This document shows, one piece after another, positions 1 to 9,483 of a stretch of DNA of 23,448 nucleotides. The DNA is from a bacterium (GTDB taxonomy: Bacteria; Zhuqueibacterota; Zhuqueibacteria; Oceanimicrobiales; Oceanimicrobiaceae): contig JBHHYI010000056.1 in NCBI GenBank assembly GCA_046757525.1, positions 1 to 23,448 on the forward strand, written 5' to 3'. The translations under genes and the position numbers were made by a program. Position 1 is the first letter of the stretch, and each line of letters starts with the position of its first letter. The notes beneath the pieces are model-generated. The model searched no databases and had not been told where the DNA came from. It saw only the letters and a list, made by a program, of their open reading frames with translations.

Positions 1-2
1 GC

Positions 3-95
3 GCCGATTATGTGGTTGAAAACGACGGCTCACTCTCCGATCTGAAGGCTAAAACCCAGCCTTTGCTGGAATGGCTGCAAAAACACAAAACTTAG
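3..95 (+). CDS. coaE: 3' end of probable dephospho-CoA kinase (partial, runs off window)
   Basis: Manual translation from nt 3 gives ADYVVENDGSLSDLKAKTQPLLEWLQKHKT* (TAG 93-95), matching the ADxVIxNxGsl C-terminal motif of CoaE. Only 30 aa are visible. Confidence 0.6.
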   Translation, partial: ADYVVENDGSLSDLKAKTQPLLEWLQKHKT

Positions 96-253
96 CGCGG
101 CCCAGCCGCAAATAAATGGAACACGGATTTTACGGATTTGTTTCTTGTGAAAATCAAACGGTTCATGAGCCATAACGTTCAGAGTTACTGCCTCAAACAG
201 ATTTAGTCCGGCTAATCCGTTCGGATCAGTTAAATCCGTGCAATCCGCGTTCC
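94..253. repeat. Palindromic intergenic repeat (GC cap hairpin plus 22-bp imperfect inverted repeat)
   Basis: GGAACACGGATTTTACGGATTT (118-139) matches the reverse complement of 232-253 at 19/22. The cap AGCGCGGCCCAGCCGCAA (94-111) is 16/18 identical to the reverse complement of 9778-9795. Confidence 0.75.
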
Positions 254-273
254 AATTCTTTTTGCACTTTTCT

Positions 274-350
274 CAGTCGGGCGGTCTGTCCAGGGCCGGA
301 CCTCTGAGTGGCCCGTCCAGGGCCGTCCGGCAGCCGCCGGACGCCTGGCC
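274..350. repeat. GC-rich double hairpin upstream of comEC
   Basis: Perfect 8-bp stem CGTCCGGC-agcc-GCCGGACG (324-343), extended by CCAGG/CCTGG. GTCCAGGGCCG occurs twice. The core TCCGGCAGCCGCCGGA recurs at 9495-9510. Confidence 0.55.
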
Positions 351-400
351 TGACCGATGCAAGAAATGAGACGTAATGCAATAGAACCCAATATTGTAGA

Positions 401-2785
401 ATGCGCTCCAAGCCCGCCCTAAAAGTATTGCTGCTTTTAGTCGCCGGTTTCCTGGCCGGCCGCTATTTTGATTTTCCGGTCCCTTTGCTCATTCTCCTCA
501 CTTTTTTCCCCTTGCTGGTTGCCTTCATTCTCTGGTACTCCGACAAAGGACACGCTCTTCTCATTGAGCTTTGTTTGGCGGCAGGACTGGTGGGACTCGG
601 AATCGTAAGGTACGAGCTGACTGCTGGCTATTTCCCGGCAAATCATATTTCTAAGTTCACCCATTTGCAGCAGCCCGTTGCCGTTTCCGGGCTCGTTGTG
701 AAATACCCCGAAAGGCGCCTGAACAAGACCAATTTAACGGTGGCGAGCCAGGAGATCTTTGCCAGGCAGCGCGTTTTTTCCACTGCTGGAAGAATTCTGG
801 TGAGTCTGCCCTTCGACACGACTTCCATCCAATACGGCGACGAAGTTCTCATCCGCGGGCTGCTCCGACTGCCACGAGATCGACGCAATCCCGGCGAATT
901 CGATTACCGCGCTTACCTTCAGTCACAAGGAGTCTTTGCCGTCATAAACCTGAGTCGGGTGCATCAGATCAAAGTGCTTTCTTCTGGACACGGAAGTTGG
1001 TTTGTGCGCCAATGGGTCTTGCCGGTCAAATCGTATCTGGACACCTTCGTGGAGCGTTTACCGCCCAGGGAGGCTGCGCTGCTTCGCGGCCTCATGATAG
1101 GCGAGCGCGGTGAGATCCCGCCGCCATTGAAAGAGGCCTTTGCGAAATTGGGGGTCATTCACATTCTGGCGGTGTCGGGTTTGCACGTAGGGTTTGTGAT
1201 GCTGATCTTCATGGCGTTCTTCGGTATCGTGCGGTTGCCCTACCCGGCCCGCGTGCTTGGCACGCTTCTCTGTTTGCTTTTTTATGCTTATTTGACCAAT
1301 CTCAAACCGCCGGTGGTGCGCGCTTCCGTCATGGGTGGATTGTTGCTGCTGGGCACGGCTCTGGAACGGAAAACCGACGTCTTCAACACGTTGTCCCTGG
1401 CGGCCCTGGTGATCCTGATTTTCAATCCGTTGGAGCTTTTCCAGTCCGGCTTTCAATTGTCGTTTGCGGCCGTGGCGTCCATCGTTTATCTCTACCCCAG
1501 GCTCAAGGCGTTCGGTACGGTTCAGGGAATTTTCAAACAATGCGGACGTCACCCGATGGTGCGCTACCTGTTGGAACTGCTGCTGGTGTCTGCCGCGGCT
1601 TTTCTGGGGACGCTGCCCTTTACCGTTTTGTACTTCAATCGTCTGCCCAACTTTTCCTTGCTGGCCAATCTCGTAGTCGTGCCGCTTGCTTTTTGTGGGC
1701 TGGCCAGTACCGCAGTGGCGGCCACGGTCCATTTGCTGTTGCCTGGGTTGGCGCAAATCTATTTGGCGGCGGCCTGGTTTTTTATCCACACGATGCTCGA
1801 GTTTGTGGAATGGGCCAGCGCCCTGCCCGGGGCATCCTGGCAAATCTACAGATTGCCCTGGACCCTTGCTTTTGGTTATTTTATTGCCTTAATTCTAATA
1901 TCCAATATTCAGCATAGAAAAACCAAGTTTTTGTTGCTCTGTTCCGCGTTGCTGCTGGCAAATCTCCTGGTCTGGAACTCAGCGGCTGGCAACGCGCACG
2001 ATTTGCAGGTTATCTTTTTTGATGTAGGACAGGGAGACGCGGCCCTGCTCACGTTGCCTGACGGCCGCCACCTGATGGTCGACGGTGGTCCACGTGGGAG
2101 GAATTACGATGCCGGCAAATGGGTGATTGCCCCTTATTTGAAGCGGGAGGGCATCGAAAAAATCGACGCCCTGGTGCTGTCCCATGCCGACACCGACCAC
2201 CTGGGCGGCTTTCCGTACATTTTGAGGCATTTTCAAGTGAATCAAGTTTGGGACAACGGTCTGGGCAAGCACTCGAGAATTTATCGCGACTACTTGGGCT
2301 TGGTCGACAGTCTCCACATCAGAAGGCGCATTCTCAGTGCAGGCGACGTGGTTGCGGATTTCGAGCCGGTACAAATCTTAGTCCTGCACCCTTGTGAGAA
2401 TTTTCTGCGTGACAAGAATGTACCGATTAACGATGCTTCGTTGGTTTTGAAGGTTAGTTACGGTGAGGAGGACCTGCTCTTCCTGGGCGACGTCGAGATG
2501 GACGCGGAACATCAGATCGCCAAATACGGAGACCTGCTGGCAAGTGAGGTGGTAAAAGTGGCCCACCACGGCAGCAAGACTTCCAGCAGTCCGGAATTGC
2601 TCAAACAAATTCAGCCCCGGTTGGCGATCATTTCTGTGGGCGAAATGAACAAATTCGGTCATCCCAGTGCTGAGGTTCTGGCACGTCTCAGTCAAAACCA
2701 TGCCAAAATCCTGCGCACCGACCGGGATGCTGCCGTCATTCTCACGATCGACGGCCAACACATTCAGCAAATTCGGTGGAAGTAG
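401..2785 (+). CDS. comEC: DNA internalization competence protein ComEC/Rec2
   Basis: 794 aa, multi-TM. RNPGEFDY motif, competence-domain HILAVSGLHVG, PPVVRA, GFQLSF. C-terminal metallo-beta-lactamase domain with DVGQGDA, SHADTDHLGG and KVAHHGS. Confidence 0.96.
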   Translation: MRSKPALKVLLLLVAGFLAGRYFDFPVPLLILLTFFPLLVAFILWYSDKGHALLIELCLAAGLVGLGIVRYELTAGYFPANHISKFTHLQQPVAVSGLVVKYPERRLNKTNLTVASQEIFARQRVFSTAGRILVSLPFDTTSIQYGDEVLIRGLLRLPRDRRNPGEFDYRAYLQSQGVFAVINLSRVHQIKVLSSGHGSWFVRQWVLPVKSYLDTFVERLPPREAALLRGLMIGERGEIPPPLKEAFAKLGVIHILAVSGLHVGFVMLIFMAFFGIVRLPYPARVLGTLLCLLFYAYLTNLKPPVVRASVMGGLLLLGTALERKTDVFNTLSLAALVILIFNPLELFQSGFQLSFAAVASIVYLYPRLKAFGTVQGIFKQCGRHPMVRYLLELLLVSAAAFLGTLPFTVLYFNRLPNFSLLANLVVVPLAFCGLASTAVAATVHLLLPGLAQIYLAAAWFFIHTMLEFVEWASALPGASWQIYRLPWTLAFGYFIALILISNIQHRKTKFLLLCSALLLANLLVWNSAAGNAHDLQVIFFDVGQGDAALLTLPDGRHLMVDGGPRGRNYDAGKWVIAPYLKREGIEKIDALVLSHADTDHLGGFPYILRHFQVNQVWDNGLGKHSRIYRDYLGLVDSLHIRRRILSAGDVVADFEPVQILVLHPCENFLRDKNVPINDASLVLKVSYGEEDLLFLGDVEMDAEHQIAKYGDLLASEVVKVAHHGSKTSSSPELLKQIQPRLAIISVGEMNKFGHPSAEVLARLSQNHAKILRTDRDAAVILTIDGQHIQQIRWK

Positions 2786-3103
2786 CCGATTTGTACCGGA
2801 GCGGACACCGCGGAGAAAATCGAGTTAGACCCGAGAATTCTGGGGCAAGCAGACATAGTGGTGGCCGACAGCCTCAATTAGTGTCTGGTACGTGGAGAAA
2901 TATTCCACGCTGTGAAAGCTGGTCTGCTGGACCAGGCGGATTTGGTCGAACTCGGCCATGTCATCTCCGACAAGTCGCTACGGAGAACCTCTGAGAGGCA
3001 GCTCACCGTTGCGGATTTGACCGGCGTTGCCGTGCAGGATATCGCAATCTGCAAGGCTGTGTACGAAATCTTAGTACCTCATTTCACAATTGCGATGACA
3101 TAA
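2786..3103 (+). pseudogene. C-terminal remnant of ornithine cyclodeaminase/mu-crystallin family gene
   Basis: Frame reads PICTGADTAEKIELDPRILGQADIVVADSLN*CLVRGEIFHAVKAGL...VELGHVI...LTVADLTGVAVQDIAICKAVYE, typical OCD C-terminal motifs. In-frame TAG at 2879-2881. The N-terminal part of the gene is absent. Confidence 0.85.
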
Positions 3104-3106
3104 GAA

Positions 3107-3155
3107 TTTAGACAAGATGAACAAGGGGTCTTCAATCTCGTTTATCCTGTCTAAA
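3107..3155. repeat. Short inverted repeat of a GACA(A/G)GAT family
   Basis: TTTAGACAAGATGAACAAG (3107-3125) matches the reverse complement of 3137-3155 at 16/19. Related GACAGGAT units occur at 22034 and 22052. Confidence 0.65.
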
Positions 3156-3173
3156 ATCAAGGATTGCTAAAAA

Positions 3174-4286
3174 ATGAGAATAGAGACCTTTGAATTAGAG
3201 AGAACCCAATCTCTTTGGGAAAATACGGTAGAATTTAACCTCACCGAAACCGGCATTCACCCGTACACGCTCCGGGAGTTGTTGGCAGAAGCAGAAATTG
3301 AAAAACTGCTCACTCTGCGTCTTGGCTACGGCCAGACCAACGGTTCTGTGGCGCTGCGAGAGGCCATTGCCCGCCTTTATCCGGGCGCAGACCCTGCCAA
3401 CGTTCTGGTGACCAACGGCTCAGCAGAAGCCAATTTTGTGGCCATGTGGAGTAATCTGGAGCCTGGCGACGAGCTGGTGCTCATGCTGCCCAACTACATG
3501 CAGATCTGGGGACTGGCCCGTTCTTTTGGCGTGGCGGTCAAGCCTTTTCATTTGAAAGAAGAATTGAACTGGCAGCCAGACCTGGAGGAGCTCGAGGACC
3601 AAATCTCGCTGCGCACAAAAATGATAGCCGTCTGCAACCCGAACAATCCCACCGGAGCTGTCCTGAGTGCCGAGGCCATGCAGGCAATAGTACGTCTGGC
3701 CAGCAAGGTCGGCGCCTGGCTTTACGTCGACGAAATTTACCGTGGCGCCGAATTGCAGGGTGAAGAAACGGCGACATTTTGGGGCCTCTACGACAAAGTC
3801 ATGGTCTGTTGCGGGCTGTCGAAAGCTTATGCCCTGCCGGGTCTGCGCATCGGCTGGCTGGTTGGGCCGAGCAAGACCATCGAAAAAGGCTGGGCTTATC
3901 ACGATTACACGAGCATCACCGCTGGAATTCTGAGCAATCAGGTGGCTGCCGCGGTTTTGCAGCCGCACCTGCGCCAGCGGGTCCTGGGCCGCAACCGAAG
4001 CATTCTGCGCGAAAACTTAGCCTGGCTAACCAAATGGGTTGAAAAACAAGAAGACCGCTTCGAGTTTATTCCACCTCAGGCCGGCGGCATGGCCTTCTTG
4101 CGCTACGCCATGCCAATCAATTCGACGGAGTTGGCAACAAGGCTGAGGCGAGAAAAAAGCGTTTTCATCATCGCAGGCGATTGCTTTGGCATGGATCGGT
4201 ATGTGCGCATTGGGATCGGTGCAGAAAAACAATACCTGGCGGCCGGTTTAAGTCTGGTCGAAGCAGCGTTGGCTGAACTCTGCTAA
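3174..4286 (+). CDS. PLP-dependent aminotransferase, class I/II fold
   Basis: 370 aa. VTNGSAEA, CNPNNPTG, VDEIY, PLP-lysine motif GLSKAYALPGLRIGW, C-terminal YVRIG. Confidence 0.92.
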   Translation: MRIETFELERTQSLWENTVEFNLTETGIHPYTLRELLAEAEIEKLLTLRLGYGQTNGSVALREAIARLYPGADPANVLVTNGSAEANFVAMWSNLEPGDELVLMLPNYMQIWGLARSFGVAVKPFHLKEELNWQPDLEELEDQISLRTKMIAVCNPNNPTGAVLSAEAMQAIVRLASKVGAWLYVDEIYRGAELQGEETATFWGLYDKVMVCCGLSKAYALPGLRIGWLVGPSKTIEKGWAYHDYTSITAGILSNQVAAAVLQPHLRQRVLGRNRSILRENLAWLTKWVEKQEDRFEFIPPQAGGMAFLRYAMPINSTELATRLRREKSVFIIAGDCFGMDRYVRIGIGAEKQYLAAGLSLVEAALAELC

Positions 4287-4335
4287 ATGAACCACTCAGT
4301 CGGTTTCTTTTGAGTCTTTCTTGCAGGATTTGCTC

Positions 4336-4364
4336 TTGACTGTTTGGCATTTATTTTACATATT
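4336..4364 (+). promoter_or_regulatory. Putative sigma70 promoter for the cupin/oxygenase genes
   Basis: TTGACT (4336-4341), 17-nt spacer, CATATT (4359-4364). Strong SD AAGGAGG before ATG 4494. Confidence 0.5.
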
Positions 4365-4493
4365 AGTCTGTGTGCGACGGTGAGGAATTAAACGGATACC
4401 ACCTGGTGTTACTTTCTTAGTGAATGCCCATCAAACGGACGAAAACCTCAAACTCTGGACCATAAAAGCGACTCGATAAGGAGGATTGCAATC

Positions 4494-4925
4494 ATGTCAA
4501 ACGAAGACCAGGAACTCCAGCAGCACGTTGAAGACTGCGATGGCATCACAGTCATTCGCGGCGGCGGCAATTCGCGCCAGTGGAACGGCATCCACTACAA
4601 GACGGGGATGTCATCCAAGAACGTTGAATCAAAAGAGCTGTCCATTAATGTGGCCACCATTCCGCCCGGTGGGGTTGCCAAGGCCCACATCCACGTCGAT
4701 TTCGAGGTCATGCTCTACATCGTGCAAGGTCGTGTGCGGCACGAATATGGCCCAAGTTTGTCAAAGTCTCTGGAAAACCAGGCAGGCGACTTCCTATTCA
4801 TCCAACCCGGCGTACCCCATGAGGTGTTCAACATGAGCGACACCGAGCCGGTAGTAGCTTTTGTCGCTCGTTCCAGCGCCGACGAATGGGACAAAATCAT
4901 CCCCTACGACCGCAATAGCGGCTGA
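4494..4925 (+). CDS. Cupin domain protein (RmlC-like)
   Basis: 143 aa. Cupin motif 1 IPPGGVAKAHIHVDFEVMLYIVQG (HxH...E) and motif 2 AGDFLFIQPGVPHEVFN. Confidence 0.9.
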   Translation: MSNEDQELQQHVEDCDGITVIRGGGNSRQWNGIHYKTGMSSKNVESKELSINVATIPPGGVAKAHIHVDFEVMLYIVQGRVRHEYGPSLSKSLENQAGDFLFIQPGVPHEVFNMSDTEPVVAFVARSSADEWDKIIPYDRNSG

Positions 4926-5066
4926 GCACCGGGAACGCAGGACCTGCGAGCTCAAATTGCTGCGGAGTTAGTTGGTGCGTGCCAATCTCAGACGCGAGGA
5001 CCATTAAGTATGTGCCTTCCCGGCTTTTAATCTGCTTTAACCTTTAAAAAACAAAGGAACTCAATC

Positions 5067-6155
5067 ATGGAATCAACCAAAGAAAAAGGGGTTCAAGCTT
5101 TTAATCAGGAATTCAGCCGCTACGACCAGGTCAACAAAGACCAATCTTATCATTTGGCTGAAAGTGCTGACAGTGAAGATGTGTTCGACCACGCAACGGA
5201 AATCCACACCTGTGACATGAGCCAATTCTTTCACGGCGGCGAAGCAGGCAAACAAAAATTTGCTCAAGAGCTTGGGGACGCTATGGCAGGCATCGGCTTT
5301 GTGATTCTCACCGGCCATGGGGTCGACCCGAAACTCTACCAGGAGGCTGAAAACAAAGTTTGTGAACTTTTCGAGACCACCACCCGCGAGCAACGCCTGA
5401 AATACAAAGCGCAACGGCAAGGTTCGGTGAATCAAGGATACTTTCCCATGAAAGAGACCACCATCATTCATCCCGACCTGGTTGAAGGATGGGTCTTTTG
5501 CCGCCGGGCGTTTGATATGGACGGCAATGCGGCGTACAAGGAAGAGGACTTCTGGCCAAAACCCGGGTTTGAACCCTTTTTCAGGCAAATCTGCCTGGAG
5601 CACGAAAAGCTGATTCTGCCGATCATGCAGAGCATTTTGCGCTACCTGGGCTGCGATCCCCATCTGTACGACCAGAAACTCACCGGCACTAATTTTGGCT
5701 TTCGTTTGAACTATTATCCTCCGATGAGCAAAGAGGATGAGGCCTCAGGGGCCGGCCGCATGCTGGGGCACGAGGATGTGGACCTGTTCACCATCCTGCC
5801 ATCTCAGTCCGTGGACGGTTTGCAGGTTCTCAACCGCCAGAATATGAAATGGATTCGCCTGAGTCCGCCTGAGGGCAGCATTATTCTCAACACCGGCGAC
5901 TACATGCAGCGCATTACCAACGACCGGCTGCCGTCGACCACCCATCGCGTCGGCAAGCCTATGAATAAGGCGCTGTTCAGCAAACCGAGAATCTCCATTC
6001 CCATGGCGGTGTATGTTTGGGAAGACGAAATTCTGGAGGTGCTGCCGGGCCTTGGAGAACCAAAATACGAACCCATTTCCGCGATAAAATTCCACACCCG
6101 CATTACCAGCAAATATTACGGTGACGACTATGCGGTGGAGGCGGAACAAAGCTAA
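5067..6155 (+). CDS. 2-oxoglutarate/Fe(II)-dependent oxygenase, isopenicillin N synthase (DIOX_N) family
   Basis: 362 aa. GFVILTGHGV (DIOX_N), RLNYYP, facial triad H-E-D (HxD) plus TTHRV, NTGDYMQRITN, and 2OG-binding RxS (RIS). Confidence 0.92.
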   Translation: MESTKEKGVQAFNQEFSRYDQVNKDQSYHLAESADSEDVFDHATEIHTCDMSQFFHGGEAGKQKFAQELGDAMAGIGFVILTGHGVDPKLYQEAENKVCELFETTTREQRLKYKAQRQGSVNQGYFPMKETTIIHPDLVEGWVFCRRAFDMDGNAAYKEEDFWPKPGFEPFFRQICLEHEKLILPIMQSILRYLGCDPHLYDQKLTGTNFGFRLNYYPPMSKEDEASGAGRMLGHEDVDLFTILPSQSVDGLQVLNRQNMKWIRLSPPEGSIILNTGDYMQRITNDRLPSTTHRVGKPMNKALFSKPRISIPMAVYVWEDEILEVLPGLGEPKYEPISAIKFHTRITSKYYGDDYAVEAEQS

Positions 6156-6232
6156 TTTCTCTTGCTCAGGTCCGCCAACTCTGCGTTTAAATCAGGCGTA
6201 GGCTGCAAAAGAATATTCCGTGAGCGGATTTC

Positions 6233-9200
6233 TTGGTAATCGAAAAACATATCAGACCCAAATTTTCGGCCAAGCAGGCTGAAGCATTTGCTGAGCAATT
6301 GTACGGCCTCAAAGGGGCTGCACGGCAACTTCCAAGCGAGCGCGATCAGAACTTCTACTTGCAGTCTGAGTCCGACGCAGAATTCGTGCTAAAAATCGCT
6401 GGCGCCACCGAAAAATTAGAAGTGCTTGATTTCCAGAATCAAGCAATGCGGCATTTGGCCACCAGCGAGCCTGCCATTCGCTGTCCCAAAGTTTGCCCGA
6501 CCCAATCCGGAAAGCTCATCGCCACGGTTCAGGGAGAGCAAGACGCGGTTCACTTGGTGCGCCTCTTGACTTACCTGCCAGGCGTACCACTGGCCCGGGT
6601 CAATCCGCACGCTCAGGAGCTTCTGCAAGAGCTGGGCTGTTTTTTGGGCAGAATGGACCTGGCGCTGGCGAACTTTTCCCACCCGGCCGTCCACAGAGCA
6701 TTTTACTGGGATTTGAAAAATGCTCCTGCGATCATCAACCGTTACAAGGGGCGCATCCAGCCAGCCCGGCAACGGGCCCTGGTGGACCATTTTTTAGACC
6801 AATTCAACCGATACGTGTGGCCACAACTACCCTCTTTGCGCACCAGTGTCATTCACAACGATGGCAACGATTACAACATCATCGTCAATGGCAGCGGTTC
6901 CTGGAAGCCAAAGAGTCTTGGCATCATCGATTTTGGCGACATGGTACACACCTGCACCGTGTTCGAGCTTGCGGTTGCGTTGGTCTACGTCATGCTGGGC
7001 AAGCCCGACCCCCTTGCGGCGGCTGCCCCGGTTGTACAAGGGTACCATTCAGTCAATCCACTCGACGAACAGGAACTGGAGGTCCTGTTCACCTTGATTT
7101 GCGCCCGGGCGTGTATGAGCGTGACCATCGCGGCCCAGCAGAAACAGAATGAGCCCGGCAACGAATATCTCAAAATAACCGAGGCCGCGGCATGGTCGCT
7201 TTTGCACCGGCTCAAAGACGTCCACCCCAGGCTGGCGCACTACACTTTCCGGCACGCCTGCGACCTACCTCCGTGTCCCCAAAGCAAGACTGTGGTAAAT
7301 TGGCTGAAGAACAACCAGCACAAGCTCGCAGGCGTGGTTCCCGTAGAGCTGAAAGCCGACCCGTTGGTGGTCTTCGACTTGAGCGTCGGCAGCAATGAAT
7401 GGGGCACCTGGGTCGACCCTTCTGACACGGAGACTTTCAGCAAGCTAATCTTTGCCAAGGTTCAGGCGGCCGGGGCAATGGTAGGTATTGGCCGCTACGA
7501 TGAAGCGCGGCTGCTGTACCGCGGGCCACAATTCAAATCGGCGGGCAATGAGACCCAAGAACGGCGTACCATTCACCTGGGTCTCGATTTGTTCATGGAA
7601 GCGGGGACGCCCGTGTGCGCCCCATTGGCCGGCAAGATTCACAGCTTGCAAAACAACGCTGCGCCTCAGGACTACGGTCCGACCGTCATTGTTGAGCACC
7701 AAATACCAGACAGCCGGTTGCAGTTCTTCACTTTGTACGGCCACCTGAGCGCAGACTCTCTGGAAGGGTGGCAGCCGGGAATGCCTGTGAAAAAGGGCGG
7801 CGCCATCGGCCGAATTGGCGAGGCTTCGGAGAACGGCGGCTGGCCACCCCATCTGCATTTTCAACTGATCATCGATTTGCTTGGAAACGAAGGCGACTTC
7901 CCCGGCGTGGCCTTGCCCGGCGAACGCGAAATCTGGCTGAGCCTCTGTCCCGATCCCAATCTGCTTTTGGGCATTCCTGCGCAGGCTTTTCCACAACCCG
8001 AAATGGAAAAAGCAAAAATTCTCCAGGCCAGAAAGCAGAGCATCGGGCCGTCCCTGAGTCTTTCCTACCAGAGGCCGCTGCAGATCGTACGCGGCTTCCT
8101 ACAATATCTCTACGACGAAACTGGCCGGGCCTATCTGGACGCGGTGAACAATGTGGCCCACGTGGGGCACTGCCATCCGCGGGTGGTCGAAGCCTTGCAG
8201 CGGCAGGTGGCGGTGCTCAACACCAACACGCGCTACTTGCATGAAAAGCTGGTGCGGTACGCCCGGCGCCTTTGCGCAATGTTGCCGGAGCCGTTAAATG
8301 TCTGTTTCCTGGTTTGCAGCGGCAGCGAAGCCAACGAGCTGGCGTTGCGGCTGGCCCGCACACACACTCAAGCACGCGACGTGATTGTAGTGGACGGCGC
8401 CTATCACGGCAACACCCAGGCCCTAATCGAAATCAGTCCCTACAAGTTCGACGGACCGGGTGGCAGCGGCGCGCCACCGTACGTTCACAAAGTCGCCATG
8501 CCCGATGGGTACCGCGGCAAATTCAAATCTTCCGATGCCGTAGCCGGGGGAAATTACGCCAACGAGGTGAGGGAAAAAATTGAGCAAATTCAGAAAGCCG
8601 GGAAAAACGTGGCCGCGTTCATTTGCGAGTCTTTGCTGGGGTGTGGCGGGCAGATCGTCCTGCCGGCAAACTACCTCAAAAATGCTTTTGCTCACGTACG
8701 CACCGCAGGTGGCGTGTGCATTGCCGATGAAGTACAGGTCGGCTTTGGTCGCGTCGGTTCCCACTTCTGGGGCTTTGAGACCCAGGGCGTGGTTCCCGAC
8801 ATCGTGACGCTTGGCAAACCCATCGGCAACGGTCACCCGCTGGCGGCAGTGGTCACGACCGCGGAAATCGCCGCGTCTTTTGCCACTGGCATGGAGTATT
8901 TCAACACCTTTGGCGGCAACCCGGTTTCCTGTGCCGTGGGCATGGCGGTTCTGGATGTGATCGCCGAAAAACGACTGCAGGAAAATGCACTAACAGTAGG
9001 CAATTATCTGAAATCACGACTGGCACAACTGCAAGCCAACTTCCCTCTGGTCGGGGATGTCAGAGGTCTGGGGCTTTTCCTCGGCATCGAACTCGTTCTC
9101 AATCGAGACACCTTAGAACCGGCCCCGGAACAAGCGACTTATATTGTAGAAAGAATGAAGGACCACGGCATCCTGATTAGCACCGATGGTCCGCTGCACA

Positions 9201-9307
9201 ATGTGCTGAAAATCAAGCCCCCCCTGGTCTTCAACCAAAGCAATGCCGATTTCTTCGTGCAAACGCTGGCCAAAATCTTAGAAGAAGATTTCGTTAGACT
9301 GGGCTGA
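6233..9307 (+). CDS. Fusion: hydroxylysine-kinase-like APH kinase + M23 peptidase + class III PLP phospho-lyase (PHYKPL/ETNPPL-like)
   Basis: 1024 aa, TTG start (uncertain). Kinase: [21 protein letters not shown]23: HLGLD (7574), LYGHL, PHLHF (7850). Class [53 protein letters not shown]. Confidence 0.9.
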   Translation: MVIEKHIRPKFSAKQAEAFAEQLYGLKGAARQLPSERDQNFYLQSESDAEFVLKIAGATEKLEVLDFQNQAMRHLATSEPAIRCPKVCPTQSGKLIATVQGEQDAVHLVRLLTYLPGVPLARVNPHAQELLQELGCFLGRMDLALANFSHPAVHRAFYWDLKNAPAIINRYKGRIQPARQRALVDHFLDQFNRYVWPQLPSLRTSVIHNDGNDYNIIVNGSGSWKPKSLGIIDFGDMVHTCTVFELAVALVYVMLGKPDPLAAAAPVVQGYHSVNPLDEQELEVLFTLICARACMSVTIAAQQKQNEPGNEYLKITEAAAWSLLHRLKDVHPRLAHYTFRHACDLPPCPQSKTVVNWLKNNQHKLAGVVPVELKADPLVVFDLSVGSNEWGTWVDPSDTETFSKLIFAKVQAAGAMVGIGRYDEARLLYRGPQFKSAGNETQERRTIHLGLDLFMEAGTPVCAPLAGKIHSLQNNAAPQDYGPTVIVEHQIPDSRLQFFTLYGHLSADSLEGWQPGMPVKKGGAIGRIGEASENGGWPPHLHFQLIIDLLGNEGDFPGVALPGEREIWLSLCPDPNLLLGIPAQAFPQPEMEKAKILQARKQSIGPSLSLSYQRPLQIVRGFLQYLYDETGRAYLDAVNNVAHVGHCHPRVVEALQRQVAVLNTNTRYLHEKLVRYARRLCAMLPEPLNVCFLVCSGSEANELALRLARTHTQARDVIVVDGAYHGNTQALIEISPYKFDGPGGSGAPPYVHKVAMPDGYRGKFKSSDAVAGGNYANEVREKIEQIQKAGKNVAAFICESLLGCGGQIVLPANYLKNAFAHVRTAGGVCIADEVQVGFGRVGSHFWGFETQGVVPDIVTLGKPIGNGHPLAAVVTTAEIAASFATGMEYFNTFGGNPVSCAVGMAVLDVIAEKRLQENALTVGNYLKSRLAQLQANFPLVGDVRGLGLFLGIELVLNRDTLEPAPEQATYIVERMKDHGILISTDGPLHNVLKIKPPLVFNQSNADFFVQTLAKILEEDFVRLG

Positions 9308-9362
9308 CATCAGCTCGCAACAGGCTTCCCGGCAGGTACTTTTAGGAAGCGCTCTTTTGAAC

Positions 9363-9387
9363 GTAACGCAATCGTCACGATTGCGTT
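9363..9387. repeat. REP-like perfect hairpin, possible terminator
   Basis: AACGCAATCG-tca-CGATTGCGTT is a perfect 10-bp stem about 55 nt after the fusion gene stop. The T-tract is short. Confidence 0.55.
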
Positions 9388-9483
9388 TCAGACTGATGCC
9401 TGATTTCTTCAAATAAAAGCACGCAGACCGTGCACAGGGTCCTAAGCAACGGGCCTCAGGAGTGGAAAAAACCAACTGCGCCT

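Noticed and set aside
1058..1843. Long antisense/alternate-frame ORFs (e.g. 1058-1843, 3420-3968, 5073-5663, 6493-7152, 13332-13943, 15587-16279)
   Set aside because: They overlap well-supported genes and have no recognisable motifs, as expected for shadow ORFs.
2783..2881. Amber recoding (TAG read as Gln or Pyl) giving a ComEC-OCD fusion
   Set aside because: TAG cleanly ends other genes here (coaE, USP, DASS, DUF423, thioredoxin), ComEC is complete at its stop, and the OCD part lacks its N-terminus. Decay is the simpler explanation.
3174..6155. VioC/VioD-like capreomycidine or beta-lactam (IPNS) biosynthetic cluster
   Set aside because: There is no NRPS or ACV synthetase in the window. The oxygenase is DIOX_N-type with RxS rather than VioC-type, and family membership alone does not imply antibiotic synthesis.
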